Positions 30,974 through 40,000 of a DNA stretch of 40,000 nucleotides are shown piece by piece. How positions within the stretch are numbered: the first letter of the stretch is position 1; each line of letters opens with the position of its first letter. The DNA is from Methanogenium sp. S4BF. Its GTDB lineage: Archaea; Halobacteriota; Methanomicrobia; Methanomicrobiales; Methanomicrobiaceae. The DNA lies in assembly GCF_029633965.1 (NCBI RefSeq), contig NZ_CP091277.1, positions 763,940 to 803,939 on the forward strand, written 5' to 3'. The position numbers and the translations under genes were made by a program. The notes beneath the pieces were generated by a model that saw only the letters and a list, made by a program, of their open reading frames with translations, was not told where the DNA came from and did no database searches.

Positions 30974-31711
30974 ATGACAATTGAAATCATTCCGGTCGAA
31001 GGAATACCCATCATTCAGGCAGGAGATAATTTCCCTGCATTCATCGCAGACTGCCTCGCTATTGAAGACGGCGACATCCTCTGTGTGGCATCTTCCGCAT
31101 ATTCCAAATCAAAGGGATATATGCGGAGTCTCGCAGACATTCAGCCGACGGAGCGTGCAGAGGAGATCGCTGGAAAATGCGGTGAAGACCCCCGTTTCAT
31201 TCAGGCCGTGCTGGATGAAGCCGATGACATCATCATCGATTATCCATTCATTCTCTGCTCTCTGCCGCACGGGCATGTGGGTGTGCGGGCAGGCATCGAC
31301 CACTCGAATGTGGAAGACGGTCTCATCATTGTGCTCCCCCCCAATCCCATGGAGGCCGCAGATGAAATCCGGCAGGAGATACTGCGAATAACCGGCAAAA
31401 ATATCCGTGTCATTCTCACCGATACCTGCGGCCGTTCATTTCGGAGAGGGCAGACCGGAGCGGCTATTGGATGGAGCGGCATGCCCGCCATACAGGATTA
31501 CCGCGGGGATACGGATCTCTTCGGCCATGTGCTTGAAATCACCGAAGAAGCCGTTGTTGACGAGATCGCAGGCATTGCGAACTTTGTCATGGGTGAGAGC
31601 AATCGCGGCGTCCCTGCGGTCGTCTGCAGAAATGCTCCCTACTGGGAGGGGCATGACAACCTGTATTTCAGGGCGGAAGAAGATATCACCCGAAAAGCAA
31701 TGAAAAAATAA
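30974..31711 (+). CDS. cofE: Coenzyme F420-0:L-glutamate ligase
   Basis: 245 aa. Segments such as GVRAGIDHSNV, VILTDTCGRSFRRGQTGAAIGWSG, DYRGDTDLFGHVLEIT and EIAGIANFVMGESNRGVPAVV match the CofE family pattern. Confidence 0.82.
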   Translation: MTIEIIPVEGIPIIQAGDNFPAFIADCLAIEDGDILCVASSAYSKSKGYMRSLADIQPTERAEEIAGKCGEDPRFIQAVLDEADDIIIDYPFILCSLPHGHVGVRAGIDHSNVEDGLIIVLPPNPMEAADEIRQEILRITGKNIRVILTDTCGRSFRRGQTGAAIGWSGMPAIQDYRGDTDLFGHVLEITEEAVVDEIAGIANFVMGESNRGVPAVVCRNAPYWEGHDNLYFRAEEDITRKAMKK

Positions 31712-31713
31712 TA

Positions 31714-31872
31714 TTAGTATAATGCATTCAGAACGATTGTAATAACAGCTATTACTCCGGCAACAATCATTACCGTTGTCGGGGCAATATGCACGGCCCT
31801 GCGATCTTCACTATCATAATACGTAACCAGACCGGCTGAGGATACAAGCCTTCCACCACTCTTTTTTGCCAT
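31714..31872 (-). CDS. Preprotein translocase subunit Sec61-beta (archaeal SecG)
   Basis: From the internal Met the product is MAKKSGGRLVSSAGLVTYYDSEDRRAVHIAPTTVMIVAGVIAVITIVLNALY. It has the conserved SSAGL-x-x-Y-x-D box plus a C-terminal tail-anchor TM. The listed 68-aa ORF start is probably too far upstream. Confidence 0.75.
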   Translation of the reverse strand: MAKKSGGRLVSSAGLVTYYDSEDRRAVHIAPTTVMIVAGVIAVITIVLNALY

Positions 31873-31955
31873 GCAGTACAATTGAATTTTGGCATATTTA
31901 AATTGGAAGGTGACCAACACTGAACGCTGAACAGATATATGAGGGAAAGGCTCTT

Positions 31956-32966
31956 TTGGGCGGGGATTTTGAGGAGCAGAATGTCCGGATTGTGGTCACC
32001 GACGGTAAAATCTCCGCAATCGAAGAGATTTCCCGCGCCCCCGACATCTGGATCTTTCCGGGTTTTTTTAACGCTCACACGCACCTGGGCGACACCATTG
32101 CAATGGACGTCGATGCCCCCGGCACTCTCGGCGAGCTCGTCGCACCCCCTGACGGCCTGAAACACCGTCTGCTTCGTGCCGCACCCCCCCGGACCTGTGT
32201 GGAAGCGATGCAGGCCAGTATACAAACGATGGCACGGACCGGCGTTTTTGGATTTGCTGATTTCCGGGAGGGCGGCATACCGGGCGTTCAGTATCTTCAG
32301 GAGGCCAACGCTGGTTGCTCCCTTGATTCAGCCATCTTTGGACGGGACGGCGGTGAGGTGATCAGTGACGGCCTGGGCATCTCCAGCACCCGCCATTACG
32401 GAGAGGAGTTAACCGGAATCATCGAGGCGGCCCGGGCAAACGGGAAAAAGATCGCCTTTCATGCAGGAGAAAAGGACAGCAGGGATGTGGATACGGCCCT
32501 CTCCTTTGAACCGGACATGCTGATTCACTGCACCCACATAACGTCTGGCCAGATAAGAGCGATTGCGGATGCAGGAATACCGGTTGTCATCTGCCCCCGC
32601 TCCAACTGGCGGCTGGGAGTAACCTCATCCAGTCAGTATCCGCCGGTTCATACGATGCTTGAGGCAGGAATTGAGCTTTGGCTGGGGACCGACAACGTCA
32701 TGTTTGTCCAGCCGGACATCGCAGCAGAGATGGCATTCTGCCACTATGTATATGGCGTGGAGGCAGGAGAACTGCTCCGGATGGCAACCGGAGGAAGCCG
32801 GATAACAGGCAAAAAGTATGCCCTTGCCAAAGGAAATGATGCACGGTTTATCCGGTGCAATATAGCGCGTTCAAATGCAAAATACTCGAAAAACATGTTA
32901 AATACTATAATAAACCGACTAAACCCACTTGACCTGGAAGGAAGTCTTTTAAATTGCCATTTGTAA
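31956..32966 (+). CDS. Amidohydrolase-family protein (chlorohydrolase/deaminase-like)
   Basis: PGFFNAHTHLGD metal-binding motif, later HAGE and LIHCTH. The start is uncertain: the frame is open back to 31914 and the upstream residues (LNAEQIYEGKALL) look like a genuine N-terminus, but no ATG or GTG is available there. Confidence 0.7.
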   Translation: MGGDFEEQNVRIVVTDGKISAIEEISRAPDIWIFPGFFNAHTHLGDTIAMDVDAPGTLGELVAPPDGLKHRLLRAAPPRTCVEAMQASIQTMARTGVFGFADFREGGIPGVQYLQEANAGCSLDSAIFGRDGGEVISDGLGISSTRHYGEELTGIIEAARANGKKIAFHAGEKDSRDVDTALSFEPDMLIHCTHITSGQIRAIADAGIPVVICPRSNWRLGVTSSSQYPPVHTMLEAGIELWLGTDNVMFVQPDIAAEMAFCHYVYGVEAGELLRMATGGSRITGKKYALAKGNDARFIRCNIARSNAKYSKNMLNTIINRLNPLDLEGSLLNCHL

Positions 32967-32998
32967 TAGTTAATAAGGCAATTCTAAGAGGTGTACCT

Positions 32999-33427
32999 GT
33001 GTTTACAAATATTCTCGTCGCCGTAGACGGATCAGAAATCAGTATTAAAACTCTGGAAACGGCATTGTCCGAAGCCAAAGTGTGGAATGCACAGCTCAAT
33101 GTAGTTTATGTTCTTGAGACCGGTCTTTTTGACGATATTCCTGCAGATGAAACAACGGAATATATCAGAAACCTGCTGGAACAGCAGGGGCTGAATGTCT
33201 TTTCCTATGCAGAGAAACGGTGCGAAGAAGAAGGCGTGACCCTGAATACGCATTTTAGAAAAGGCCATGCAGGTATCGAAATCATCGCTGCAGCAGCAGA
33301 TATGAATGCTGATCTCATAGTTCTCGGCTCCCACGCAAAAAGTGATATCGAAAAGATTCTGCTCGGCAGTGTGACAACACACGTCGTACGGCACAGTCCG
33401 GTCAGCACACTGGTGGTGAGAGCATAA
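32999..33427 (+). CDS. Universal stress protein (UspA family)
   Basis: ILVAVDGSEIS ... DLIVLGSHAKSDIEKILLGSVTTHVVRHSPVSTLVV is the canonical Usp ATP-binding pattern. GTG at 32999, preceded by AGGTG, is preferred over the listed upstream start at 32954. Confidence 0.8.
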   Translation: MFTNILVAVDGSEISIKTLETALSEAKVWNAQLNVVYVLETGLFDDIPADETTEYIRNLLEQQGLNVFSYAEKRCEEEGVTLNTHFRKGHAGIEIIAAAADMNADLIVLGSHAKSDIEKILLGSVTTHVVRHSPVSTLVVRA

Positions 33428-33447
33428 TACAGGAAACTGTTCGTGAC

Positions 33448-34275
33448 GTGATGACAACGGATGTCGTCTGTGTGGAAATCCCCGGAAACAGAGACGATGT
33501 CCTCAGGATTCTGAAACGAACAGGGATCAGTGGCGTGCCTGTACTGAAAGAGGGAGTGCTGGTAGGGATCATCACCCGAAAAGATTTGCTCAGAAAGGCT
33601 GACGAAATGCAGCTTGGGCTTCTGATGACACCCGACCCGGTCACGATCACGCCGGATGTAACGATTCAGGCTGCAGCGAAAATTTTGATTGATAATCATT
33701 TCCGCCGTCTGCCGGTCGTGGAAGGAGGCGAACTCGTCGGCCTTATCAGTATATCAGATATTGTGGGAACGATTGCCCGGATGAAGATCACAGAAGAGAT
33801 CCGCAATAAATTCAGCTCCCATACATTTGCCATCTGGGAGGAGTCACCCCTGCCGCTTGTCGGCAGAATCATGGAGATGTCCGGATATGATGCCGTGCCT
33901 ATTCTGAATGAAAGCGGTCAGCTGACCGGCATCATATCAGAACGGGACTTAATCCGCCATTCAAGCATTGAAGACAGTGTTGAAGTGAGTGACTTCTCAA
34001 ACGGCACGGACGACGATGAATGGACCTGGGAATCCCTCCGCGACAACTACACCATATCCTATGGCATCTCCAAGGTGCAGCTCCCGAATAAACCGGTCAA
34101 AGAGGCAATGGTCAAGGAAGTCGTGGCCGTCCCCCTGAATGCAGAGGTAAGTGAATGCGCTCTTAAGATGAAGCGGGCACGGGTCGATCAGCTTCCGGTC
34201 ATTAACGGGGACCGAAAAATGGTTTCTATGCTGTATGACCGCGAGTTAATCCGCATAATTCTTGAAGAAGCGTAA
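33448..34275 (+). CDS. CBS-domain protein (four CBS repeats)
   Basis: Repeated CBS signatures: VMTTDVVCV..GISGVPVLKEGVLVGIITRKDLL, LMTPDPVTI..HFRRLPVVEGGELVGLISISDIV, YDAVPILNESGQLTGIISERDLI and VDQLPVINGDRKMVSMLYDRELI. Confidence 0.85.
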   Translation: MMTTDVVCVEIPGNRDDVLRILKRTGISGVPVLKEGVLVGIITRKDLLRKADEMQLGLLMTPDPVTITPDVTIQAAAKILIDNHFRRLPVVEGGELVGLISISDIVGTIARMKITEEIRNKFSSHTFAIWEESPLPLVGRIMEMSGYDAVPILNESGQLTGIISERDLIRHSSIEDSVEVSDFSNGTDDDEWTWESLRDNYTISYGISKVQLPNKPVKEAMVKEVVAVPLNAEVSECALKMKRARVDQLPVINGDRKMVSMLYDRELIRIILEEA

Positions 34276-34410
34276 CACCTTCTTCATTTCACAAATACTT
34301 TCAGATCCGTTTCTGAAAATATATCCAATACCTTTATGAAAGAATGGCGCCTTGTATATCTAAGCGCTTTTACTCCCTTATATAGCGTACTTTTGATTGG
34401 AGGATTATAA

Positions 34411-35025
34411 ATGTCAGAACTACCAGAAGGGGTAACAAAAGGTACTACAACTGTAGGTCTTGTGTTTCATGATGGTGTAGTGCTTGCAACCGAACGGCGT
34501 GCCACGATGGGTACAATGATTGCAAGCAAGCGAGCAAAAAAGGTGTACCAGATTGCAGACAGAATCGGTATGACAACCGCCGGAGGAGTGGGCGATGCAC
34601 AGACACTTGCGCGGTTGATGCAGGTTGAATGCAACCTCTATCAGATTCGGCGCGGTCGTGATATGACGGTGGGTGCAGCATCGTCGCTTCTGTCAAATGT
34701 TCTGAACCAGAACCGGTATTATCCCTACTATGTCCAGCTGCTTGTCGGCGGATTTGATATCGACGGCCCCAGCGTCTACTCGGTGGATGCGATGGGTGGT
34801 GCGTCAAAGGAAGATGATATCGTTGCTACCGGTTCCGGATCACCATTTGCATATGGTGTACTGGAAGACCGCTTTGAAGCGGATATGGATGAAGCAGCAG
34901 CAGTCAACCTTGCAAAACGAGCACTCAGGGCGGCCATCCGGCGTGATTCAGCGTCCGGCGAGTCCATGAGTATTGTAGTAATTACCAAAGATAAATACGA
35001 GGAGATGAGTGAGGAGGTTCTTTAA
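34411..35025 (+). CDS. psmB: Proteasome beta subunit
   Basis: A short propeptide is followed by the catalytic Thr in GTTTVGLVFHDGVVLATERRAT. GGAGG lies 8 nt upstream of the ATG. Confidence 0.9.
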   Translation: MSELPEGVTKGTTTVGLVFHDGVVLATERRATMGTMIASKRAKKVYQIADRIGMTTAGGVGDAQTLARLMQVECNLYQIRRGRDMTVGAASSLLSNVLNQNRYYPYYVQLLVGGFDIDGPSVYSVDAMGGASKEDDIVATGSGSPFAYGVLEDRFEADMDEAAAVNLAKRALRAAIRRDSASGESMSIVVITKDKYEEMSEEVL

Positions 35026-35069
35026 ACTCTTTTATCATCCCGCTATTTTTCTTTTTTAGGACGATTTTA

Positions 35070-36962
35070 ATGTTAATTGAAGAGCGTTTAGAAGATCTCA
35101 GGAAGAAGATCAATTCCAAAGTACCTGCGGGTATTTCAATATCAGAAGTTGAATTTGAAGGGCCGGAACTGGTCATCTACACCGATGATACCAAGTTGTT
35201 TGCCGAACAGGCGGATTTAATTAAGATCCTTGCCCGTGAACTGCGCAAACGGATTGTGGTCCGCCCCAATATTCTGGAGGACCCGGAGAAAGCCGCCACA
35301 AAAGTACGGGCGGTGGTCCCGGAGAGTGCCGGCATAACGGACCTGTTCTTTGACCCGGACACGGGAGAAGTGCTGGTTGAAGCAGAAAAACCGGGGGTTG
35401 TCATCGGAAAGAACGGAGCAACACTCCGGGACATCACCAAAGAGATCGGATGGACGGCAAAAGTGGTCAGGACACCACCCATTGAGAGCAAGACGGTAAA
35501 AGACATCCGCCAGTATCTCAGATCCGTCAAGGATGAACGCAAGGAGTTTCTCCGGCGGATCGGAAAGAGAATCCATCGTGATGTCAGAAGCAAGGACAAA
35601 TGGGTCCGTGTCACCACTCTCGGCTGCTGCCGTGAGGTCGGAAGAGCAGCATTCCTCCTCTCCACGCCGGAGAGCAGGATTCTGATTGACTGCGGGGAAA
35701 AACCCGGCAGTTCATCCGAAGGATTCCCCTATCTTGGCGTTCCGGAAATATCCCCCCTCAGTTCACTGGATGCCGTGGTGCTGACCCACGCACATCTTGA
35801 TCACTGTGCGATGATCCCCCTGCTGTACAAATATGGCTTTGACGGCCCGGTATACAGCACACCGGCAACACGCGACCTCGCTGCCATGCTCCAGCTCGAC
35901 TACATCGATGTCGTGAATAAAGACGGCGGTGTTGCCCCCTATTCATCCAGAGAAGTGCAGGAATACCTGAAGCATTCCATCACCCTGAATTACGGCTCGG
36001 TCACGGATATCGCCCCGGATGTAAAACTGACTTACCACAACGCAGGCCATATTCTGGGGTCTGCCATCAGCCATTTCCATGTGGGAGACGGTCTCTATAA
36101 TGTCGCGTTCACGGGCGATTTCAACTACGACAAGACCCGTCTCTTCGGCCCTGCCACCGTGCAGTTCCCCCGTCTGGAGACGCTCTTCATGGAGAGCACC
36201 TACGGCGGCTCCCATGACAATCAGCCATCCAAAAAGGATGCGGAAGAGAAACTCTACGAGATTGTCAATACCGTCATTAACCGGGGAGGAAAGATTGTCA
36301 TTCCGGCATTTGCCGTAGGACGTTCGCAGGAAGTGATGCTGACCCTCGAAGAAGGCATACGGCTGGAGAAGATCCCCAAAGTCAAGGTCTATCTGGACGG
36401 CATGATCAAAGAGGCAACGGCCATTCATACGACCTATCCGGAATACCTGAACCCGGACCTCAGAACACAGATATTCAAGGAAGGGATGAATCCGTTCCTT
36501 GCTGAATGCTTTGAGCAGGTTGATTCACCGGACCTCCGCCAGAAGGTCATCGACGGTGAGCCCTGTATTGTCATCACCACGAGCGGAATGCTCTCCGGCG
36601 GACCGGTCATGGAGTATCTGCGCACCCTTGCACCGGAAGAGAAGAACTGCCTGGTCTTTGTCGGCTACCAGGCGGACGGCACCCTCGGACGCAGAATCCA
36701 GAAGGGATGGAAGGAGATACCCATCGGACGCCGCGAGACTATTATGATGAACTGTGAGATTCAGACCGTCGACGGATTCTCCGGCCATTCTGACAGGAGC
36801 CAGCTGATGCGGTACGTGAAGCACCTCCAGCCCCGGCCGGAACGGATCTTTACCATCCACGGCGATGAAAAGAGCACTATCGACCTTGCATCCTCCATTT
36901 ACAAAAATTACCATATCCAGACCGTTTCACCCATGAATCTTGAAACATACCGTCTGGTATAA
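35070..36962 (+). CDS. Archaeal CPSF1-type beta-CASP ribonuclease (two KH domains plus metallo-beta-lactamase/beta-CASP)
   Basis: N-terminal KH GxxG (VVIGKNGATLRDI), MBL motif VLTHAHLDHCAMIP and beta-CASP region. The 630-aa size is typical of aCPSF1. Confidence 0.88.
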   Translation: MLIEERLEDLRKKINSKVPAGISISEVEFEGPELVIYTDDTKLFAEQADLIKILARELRKRIVVRPNILEDPEKAATKVRAVVPESAGITDLFFDPDTGEVLVEAEKPGVVIGKNGATLRDITKEIGWTAKVVRTPPIESKTVKDIRQYLRSVKDERKEFLRRIGKRIHRDVRSKDKWVRVTTLGCCREVGRAAFLLSTPESRILIDCGEKPGSSSEGFPYLGVPEISPLSSLDAVVLTHAHLDHCAMIPLLYKYGFDGPVYSTPATRDLAAMLQLDYIDVVNKDGGVAPYSSREVQEYLKHSITLNYGSVTDIAPDVKLTYHNAGHILGSAISHFHVGDGLYNVAFTGDFNYDKTRLFGPATVQFPRLETLFMESTYGGSHDNQPSKKDAEEKLYEIVNTVINRGGKIVIPAFAVGRSQEVMLTLEEGIRLEKIPKVKVYLDGMIKEATAIHTTYPEYLNPDLRTQIFKEGMNPFLAECFEQVDSPDLRQKVIDGEPCIVITTSGMLSGGPVMEYLRTLAPEEKNCLVFVGYQADGTLGRRIQKGWKEIPIGRRETIMMNCEIQTVDGFSGHSDRSQLMRYVKHLQPRPERIFTIHGDEKSTIDLASSIYKNYHIQTVSPMNLETYRLV

Positions 36963-37001
36963 CAGGAATCTCTTTTATTTTCGCTCACTATTACTACTTC
37001 A

Positions 37002-38099
37002 ATGAAACAACGCCTGTCACTGATCATCGGGATTTTTATCGTCATGGCACTCTCCAATGCGATTGTGCCGGTGCTCCCGGAGTATGCCAGTGAGATGCCC
37101 GCACTTCAGGGGATTATTTTTTCGGCATATTTCTTTGGCGCCTTTGTGATGGTCATTCCGGCAGGCGTGCTCGGCGACCGGTATGGGCGTGCACCCTTCA
37201 TCACGGCAGGGCTTCTTCTCACCCTCCTGTCGGGGGGGATCATACTGCTTGCCGCAAATCCGTATGCAATAACCTTCGCACGGATTGTCGAAGGCATCGG
37301 TGCAGGGCTCTTTGTGTCCTGTGCACTCTCATGGGTGAATATGCAGCCGGACCATACCCGCCTCTCCGGGCTGTATTTTGCAGGCCTGAACGCGGGGCTT
37401 ATCGCCGGACTGATGGGCACCGGCATCCTGAACTCCCATTTTGGCCAGAACAGCGGGGTGATGCTCTTTACCGGATTAGCCGTAATACCCCTGCTTCTCT
37501 CCTTTTTTATCAGAGATACGACGGGTGTGCTCACCAATGTTCTCCCCCCGGTGCATGCCATCGGCTGGAGAAACAAGTGGCTGTATTTTTCCTCTTTTAT
37601 CCTCGTCGGAATTTCCGGTGTCCTTGTTTCGTTATACCCGGAATTCACCGATGAGAGCCCGTTCATCCTGGGGTTGCTGTTTGCCGCCATGAATGGCGCA
37701 ACCATCTGTGCATCCCTGATTGCGCCGAATATATCACTGCAGCCGATTCAGACGATACGTCTGGCATCCGCTCTGGTGGGCATTGCTGTACTTCTTTCTT
37801 TCATTGCACCCGCCTATGGGGGAATAGGGGGGGTGTTTGTTCTGTTCATGGTAATCGGAGGCTCAATCGGATTTGTCTTTGTCTCCCAGATGAACTATCT
37901 TGCCGTCAGCGAAAAACTGCAGGGCACCGCGATCGGCCTGCTGACCGCCGCATCCTACGGGGGGATGGCGATGCTGCCGTTTTTCTCCGGACTCCTCACC
38001 GAGGTATTCAGTTATGGTGCGGCATTTCTGGTAAACGGCATATTATGCCTCCTCGTGACCGTGACCATTGCCCGCTGCAGATGCGCCCTCCCCGAATAG
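37002..38099 (+). CDS. MFS transporter
   Basis: About 12 TM segments. The MFS loop 2-3 signature is GVLGDRYGRAP. Confidence 0.8.
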   Translation: MKQRLSLIIGIFIVMALSNAIVPVLPEYASEMPALQGIIFSAYFFGAFVMVIPAGVLGDRYGRAPFITAGLLLTLLSGGIILLAANPYAITFARIVEGIGAGLFVSCALSWVNMQPDHTRLSGLYFAGLNAGLIAGLMGTGILNSHFGQNSGVMLFTGLAVIPLLLSFFIRDTTGVLTNVLPPVHAIGWRNKWLYFSSFILVGISGVLVSLYPEFTDESPFILGLLFAAMNGATICASLIAPNISLQPIQTIRLASALVGIAVLLSFIAPAYGGIGGVFVLFMVIGGSIGFVFVSQMNYLAVSEKLQGTAIGLLTAASYGGMAMLPFFSGLLTEVFSYGAAFLVNGILCLLVTVTIARCRCALPE

Positions 38100-38122
38100 G
38101 ATGCATCCATATACCCCGGTGA

Positions 38123-40000
38123 TCAGGTGGCCTGAACCGGGGCATCGCACTCAAATCTGCTGATCAGTTTCAGCACGGCAGGCATGACAAGAATCGCACC
38201 AATGAGAGAGAAACCGACCGTAATCACCGTCGTCGTCCCGAAATTGCTGATGATCTCAAAGGCCGACATCATGAGCGCGGAGAAACCAAAGACGGTCGTT
38301 AATCCTGACACGGTGATTGCGGTGCCGATTTTTCTGACCGCACGCTCGATGGAGGCATCCACATCATTCCCGGCCTTCCGCTCTTCGTGATACCGCTCCA
38401 TAATAAGAATCGTATATTCACAGGCAATGCCGATGGTCATGGAGCCAAGAACGGCGGTCATCGGCGTATAGTCTATCTTCAGGGCGTACATAATGAGGCT
38501 GTTCCACCCGACGATCATGACGATCGGTATGATGGGGGATATCGCAGAGAATTTCCGGTAGAGGAGGAGCAAAAATCCTGTTATCAGGCCAAAACCCAGC
38601 ATGGTCATGGTGACTTTCGTGTTCTGGATATCGGTTATAAGCTGGGCAAACATATCCGTGCTCCCGGTCAGCTCAGCGGTCACCCCGGCCGGGGGATGAT
38701 GAAACGCAAGGTCGGATTTGACGGTATTTACCATGGCAAGGGCTTGATCGGGCGACATTTCAACCAGGGAGAACTCAATTATTGTGATCATGTTCCCGGA
38801 CGTCAGGCGGCTGAGTTCGGATGGAGGGATCTCTTCAACGACTGCGGCGATGTCCGCATCAGATGAGGGGAGGTGCCCGTCATTATACCGCTCGATGAGT
38901 GTCGCAATACTGCTTGCGCCGATGATCTTCTGATTCTCCTGCAGTTCATATTCCTGGAAATCCCGGATCCAGCGCAGGGTGTCGGTGTGGTAGATGTCAT
39001 CAGACCGGATGTATACCGGCAGAGTCTCGGTTGCACCGATGACACGGGTGATCTTCTTCATGTCGATAACGGCCGGCATATCCTTCGGCACAAAGGTGTC
39101 TTCATCGGTATTGATGGGTATCTCGCTGTCAATCTGGTAGCCGATACCGGCAATCATGCCAAAGATAAGAATAACCGGCACCGGGTTTCCTGCAATCTTT
39201 CGTGCAATGCTCCCGAGCTGATTGTTATAGTGCTGCATATACGCCTGGTTTCGGGCATGATTGTTCTTTTTCGCTTTCGGGGTGTAGCGGACCAGTTTTG
39301 CATATGTCGGTACGATAAGCAGGGCCGAGATATAGCAGAACAGCACCCCGATGGCACAGACCTTCCCAAAATTCTGCACCATGGGGATGGTGGAGGTGAA
39401 CATGGCAATGAACCCGAGCGCAGTGGCAGTCATTGCGTATAATACGGACGGCCCGGTCTTTTCGACGGTTATCCGCACGGATTCGGAAAGGGCGCGCCGC
39501 TGTGACTCATCATCCAGGCGGGAATGAAACTGGATGGCATAATCAATACCGACACCGATGAGGACCGGGAATGCACCGATGACCACCATGCTGATGGAGA
39601 TGCCGAAGAGGCCCATGATGCCGAAGGTGTTGAGCATCCCGATGAAGACGACCGCCACCGGCAGCAGACTGTATCTGACATGAGAGAACAGGAGGCCGAC
39701 GGCAATGACCATGAGGGCAAGTGCAGTCATGATCAGCACCCCCATTGACTGGCTCATCTCGGAGAGCATCTGCTGTTCGTAGGCAGGCGACCCGGATACG
39801 GTAAGGGATACGCCTGTGGGAGGCGGATAGGACGCGATGACCCGTTCAATGTTTTCGATGGCCACCCGCTGGGAATCACTGGAGAGGCCGGCGTCCAGCG
39901 GGACAAAAATAAGGGTCAGCTGCTGGGAGGAGAGGTACTGACTGACGGCTTCTGCCGGGATTCGGGAGAGGACAGCAGATATCTCCGCCTTGCCTGACGG
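38123..40000 (-). CDS. RND-superfamily exporter (MMPL/HAE3-like), 5' end beyond the window
   Basis: Two blocks of clustered TM helices are separated by a large soluble loop. The frame stays open upstream of the listed GTG start through nt 40000 (…LTLIFVPLDAGLSSDSQRVAIENIERV), so the gene is truncated by the window edge. Confidence 0.7.
   Translation of the reverse strand, partial: PSGKAEISAVLSRIPAEAVSQYLSSQQLTLIFVPLDAGLSSDSQRVAIENIERVIASYPPPTGVSLTVSGSPAYEQQMLSEMSQSMGVLIMTALALMVIAVGLLFSHVRYSLLPVAVVFIGMLNTFGIMGLFGISISMVVIGAFPVLIGVGIDYAIQFHSRLDDESQRRALSESVRITVEKTGPSVLYAMTATALGFIAMFTSTIPMVQNFGKVCAIGVLFCYISALLIVPTYAKLVRYTPKAKKNNHARNQAYMQHYNNQLGSIARKIAGNPVPVILIFGMIAGIGYQIDSEIPINTDEDTFVPKDMPAVIDMKKITRVIGATETLPVYIRSDDIYHTDTLRWIRDFQEYELQENQKIIGASSIATLIERYNDGHLPSSDADIAAVVEEIPPSELSRLTSGNMITIIEFSLVEMSPDQALAMVNTVKSDLAFHHPPAGVTAELTGSTDMFAQLITDIQNTKVTMTMLGFGLITGFLLLLYRKFSAISPIIPIVMIVGWNSLIMYALKIDYTPMTAVLGSMTIGIACEYTILIMERYHEERKAGNDVDASIERAVRKIGTAITVSGLTTVFGFSALMMSAFEIISNFGTTTVITVGFSLIGAILVMPAVLKLISRFECDAPVQAT

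Overview
This window looks like the chromosome of a hydrogenotrophic, Methanomicrobiales-like methanogen, and it splits into two parts.

**Accessory region (nt 1-17200).**
- A complete ~14.3 kb casposon, a Cas1-dependent self-synthesizing transposon, spans 2853-17186.
- It has perfect 29-bp terminal inverted repeats and a 14-bp target-site duplication, and it sits in the 3' end of a tRNA-Leu(UAG) gene.
- Its core module is a Cas1 casposase, a coupled wHTH protein, an unlisted RHH protein, a 213-aa unknown protein, an HNH nuclease and a family-B DNA polymerase.
- Its arms carry apparent defence cargo: a full type I R-M system (hsdR-hsdS-hsdM), a visibly AT-rich TIR-domain protein, a small two-TM protein and an AT-rich 259-aa orphan.
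- Just left of this casposon lies a diverged copy of the same right-end repeat plus a second copy of the target duplication. This implies a second, older related element (nt 1-2838, running off the window) inserted in tandem at the same tRNA site.
- The older element carries another hsdS, a translationally coupled RadC-like JAB protein, a small glycine-zipper membrane protein and a split Csa3/CARF-like regulator.
- No CRISPR array, cas2 or integrase is present.

**Core region (nt 17200-40000).**
- A SAM methyltransferase and an AI-2E-type permease come first.
- An ~11 kb run of 20 overlapping or abutting genes follows: an Eha-type energy-converting [NiFe] hydrogenase, a 4-cluster ferredoxin, formylmethanofuran dehydrogenase fwdDBAC and an unlisted 49-aa zinc-ribbon ORF.
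- The rest is a DUF1922 zinc-ribbon protein, cofE, Sec61-beta, an amidohydrolase, a universal stress protein, a CBS protein, proteasome beta, aCPSF1, an MFS transporter and a partial RND-type exporter.

All functional calls come from motifs read by eye. No database search was run.
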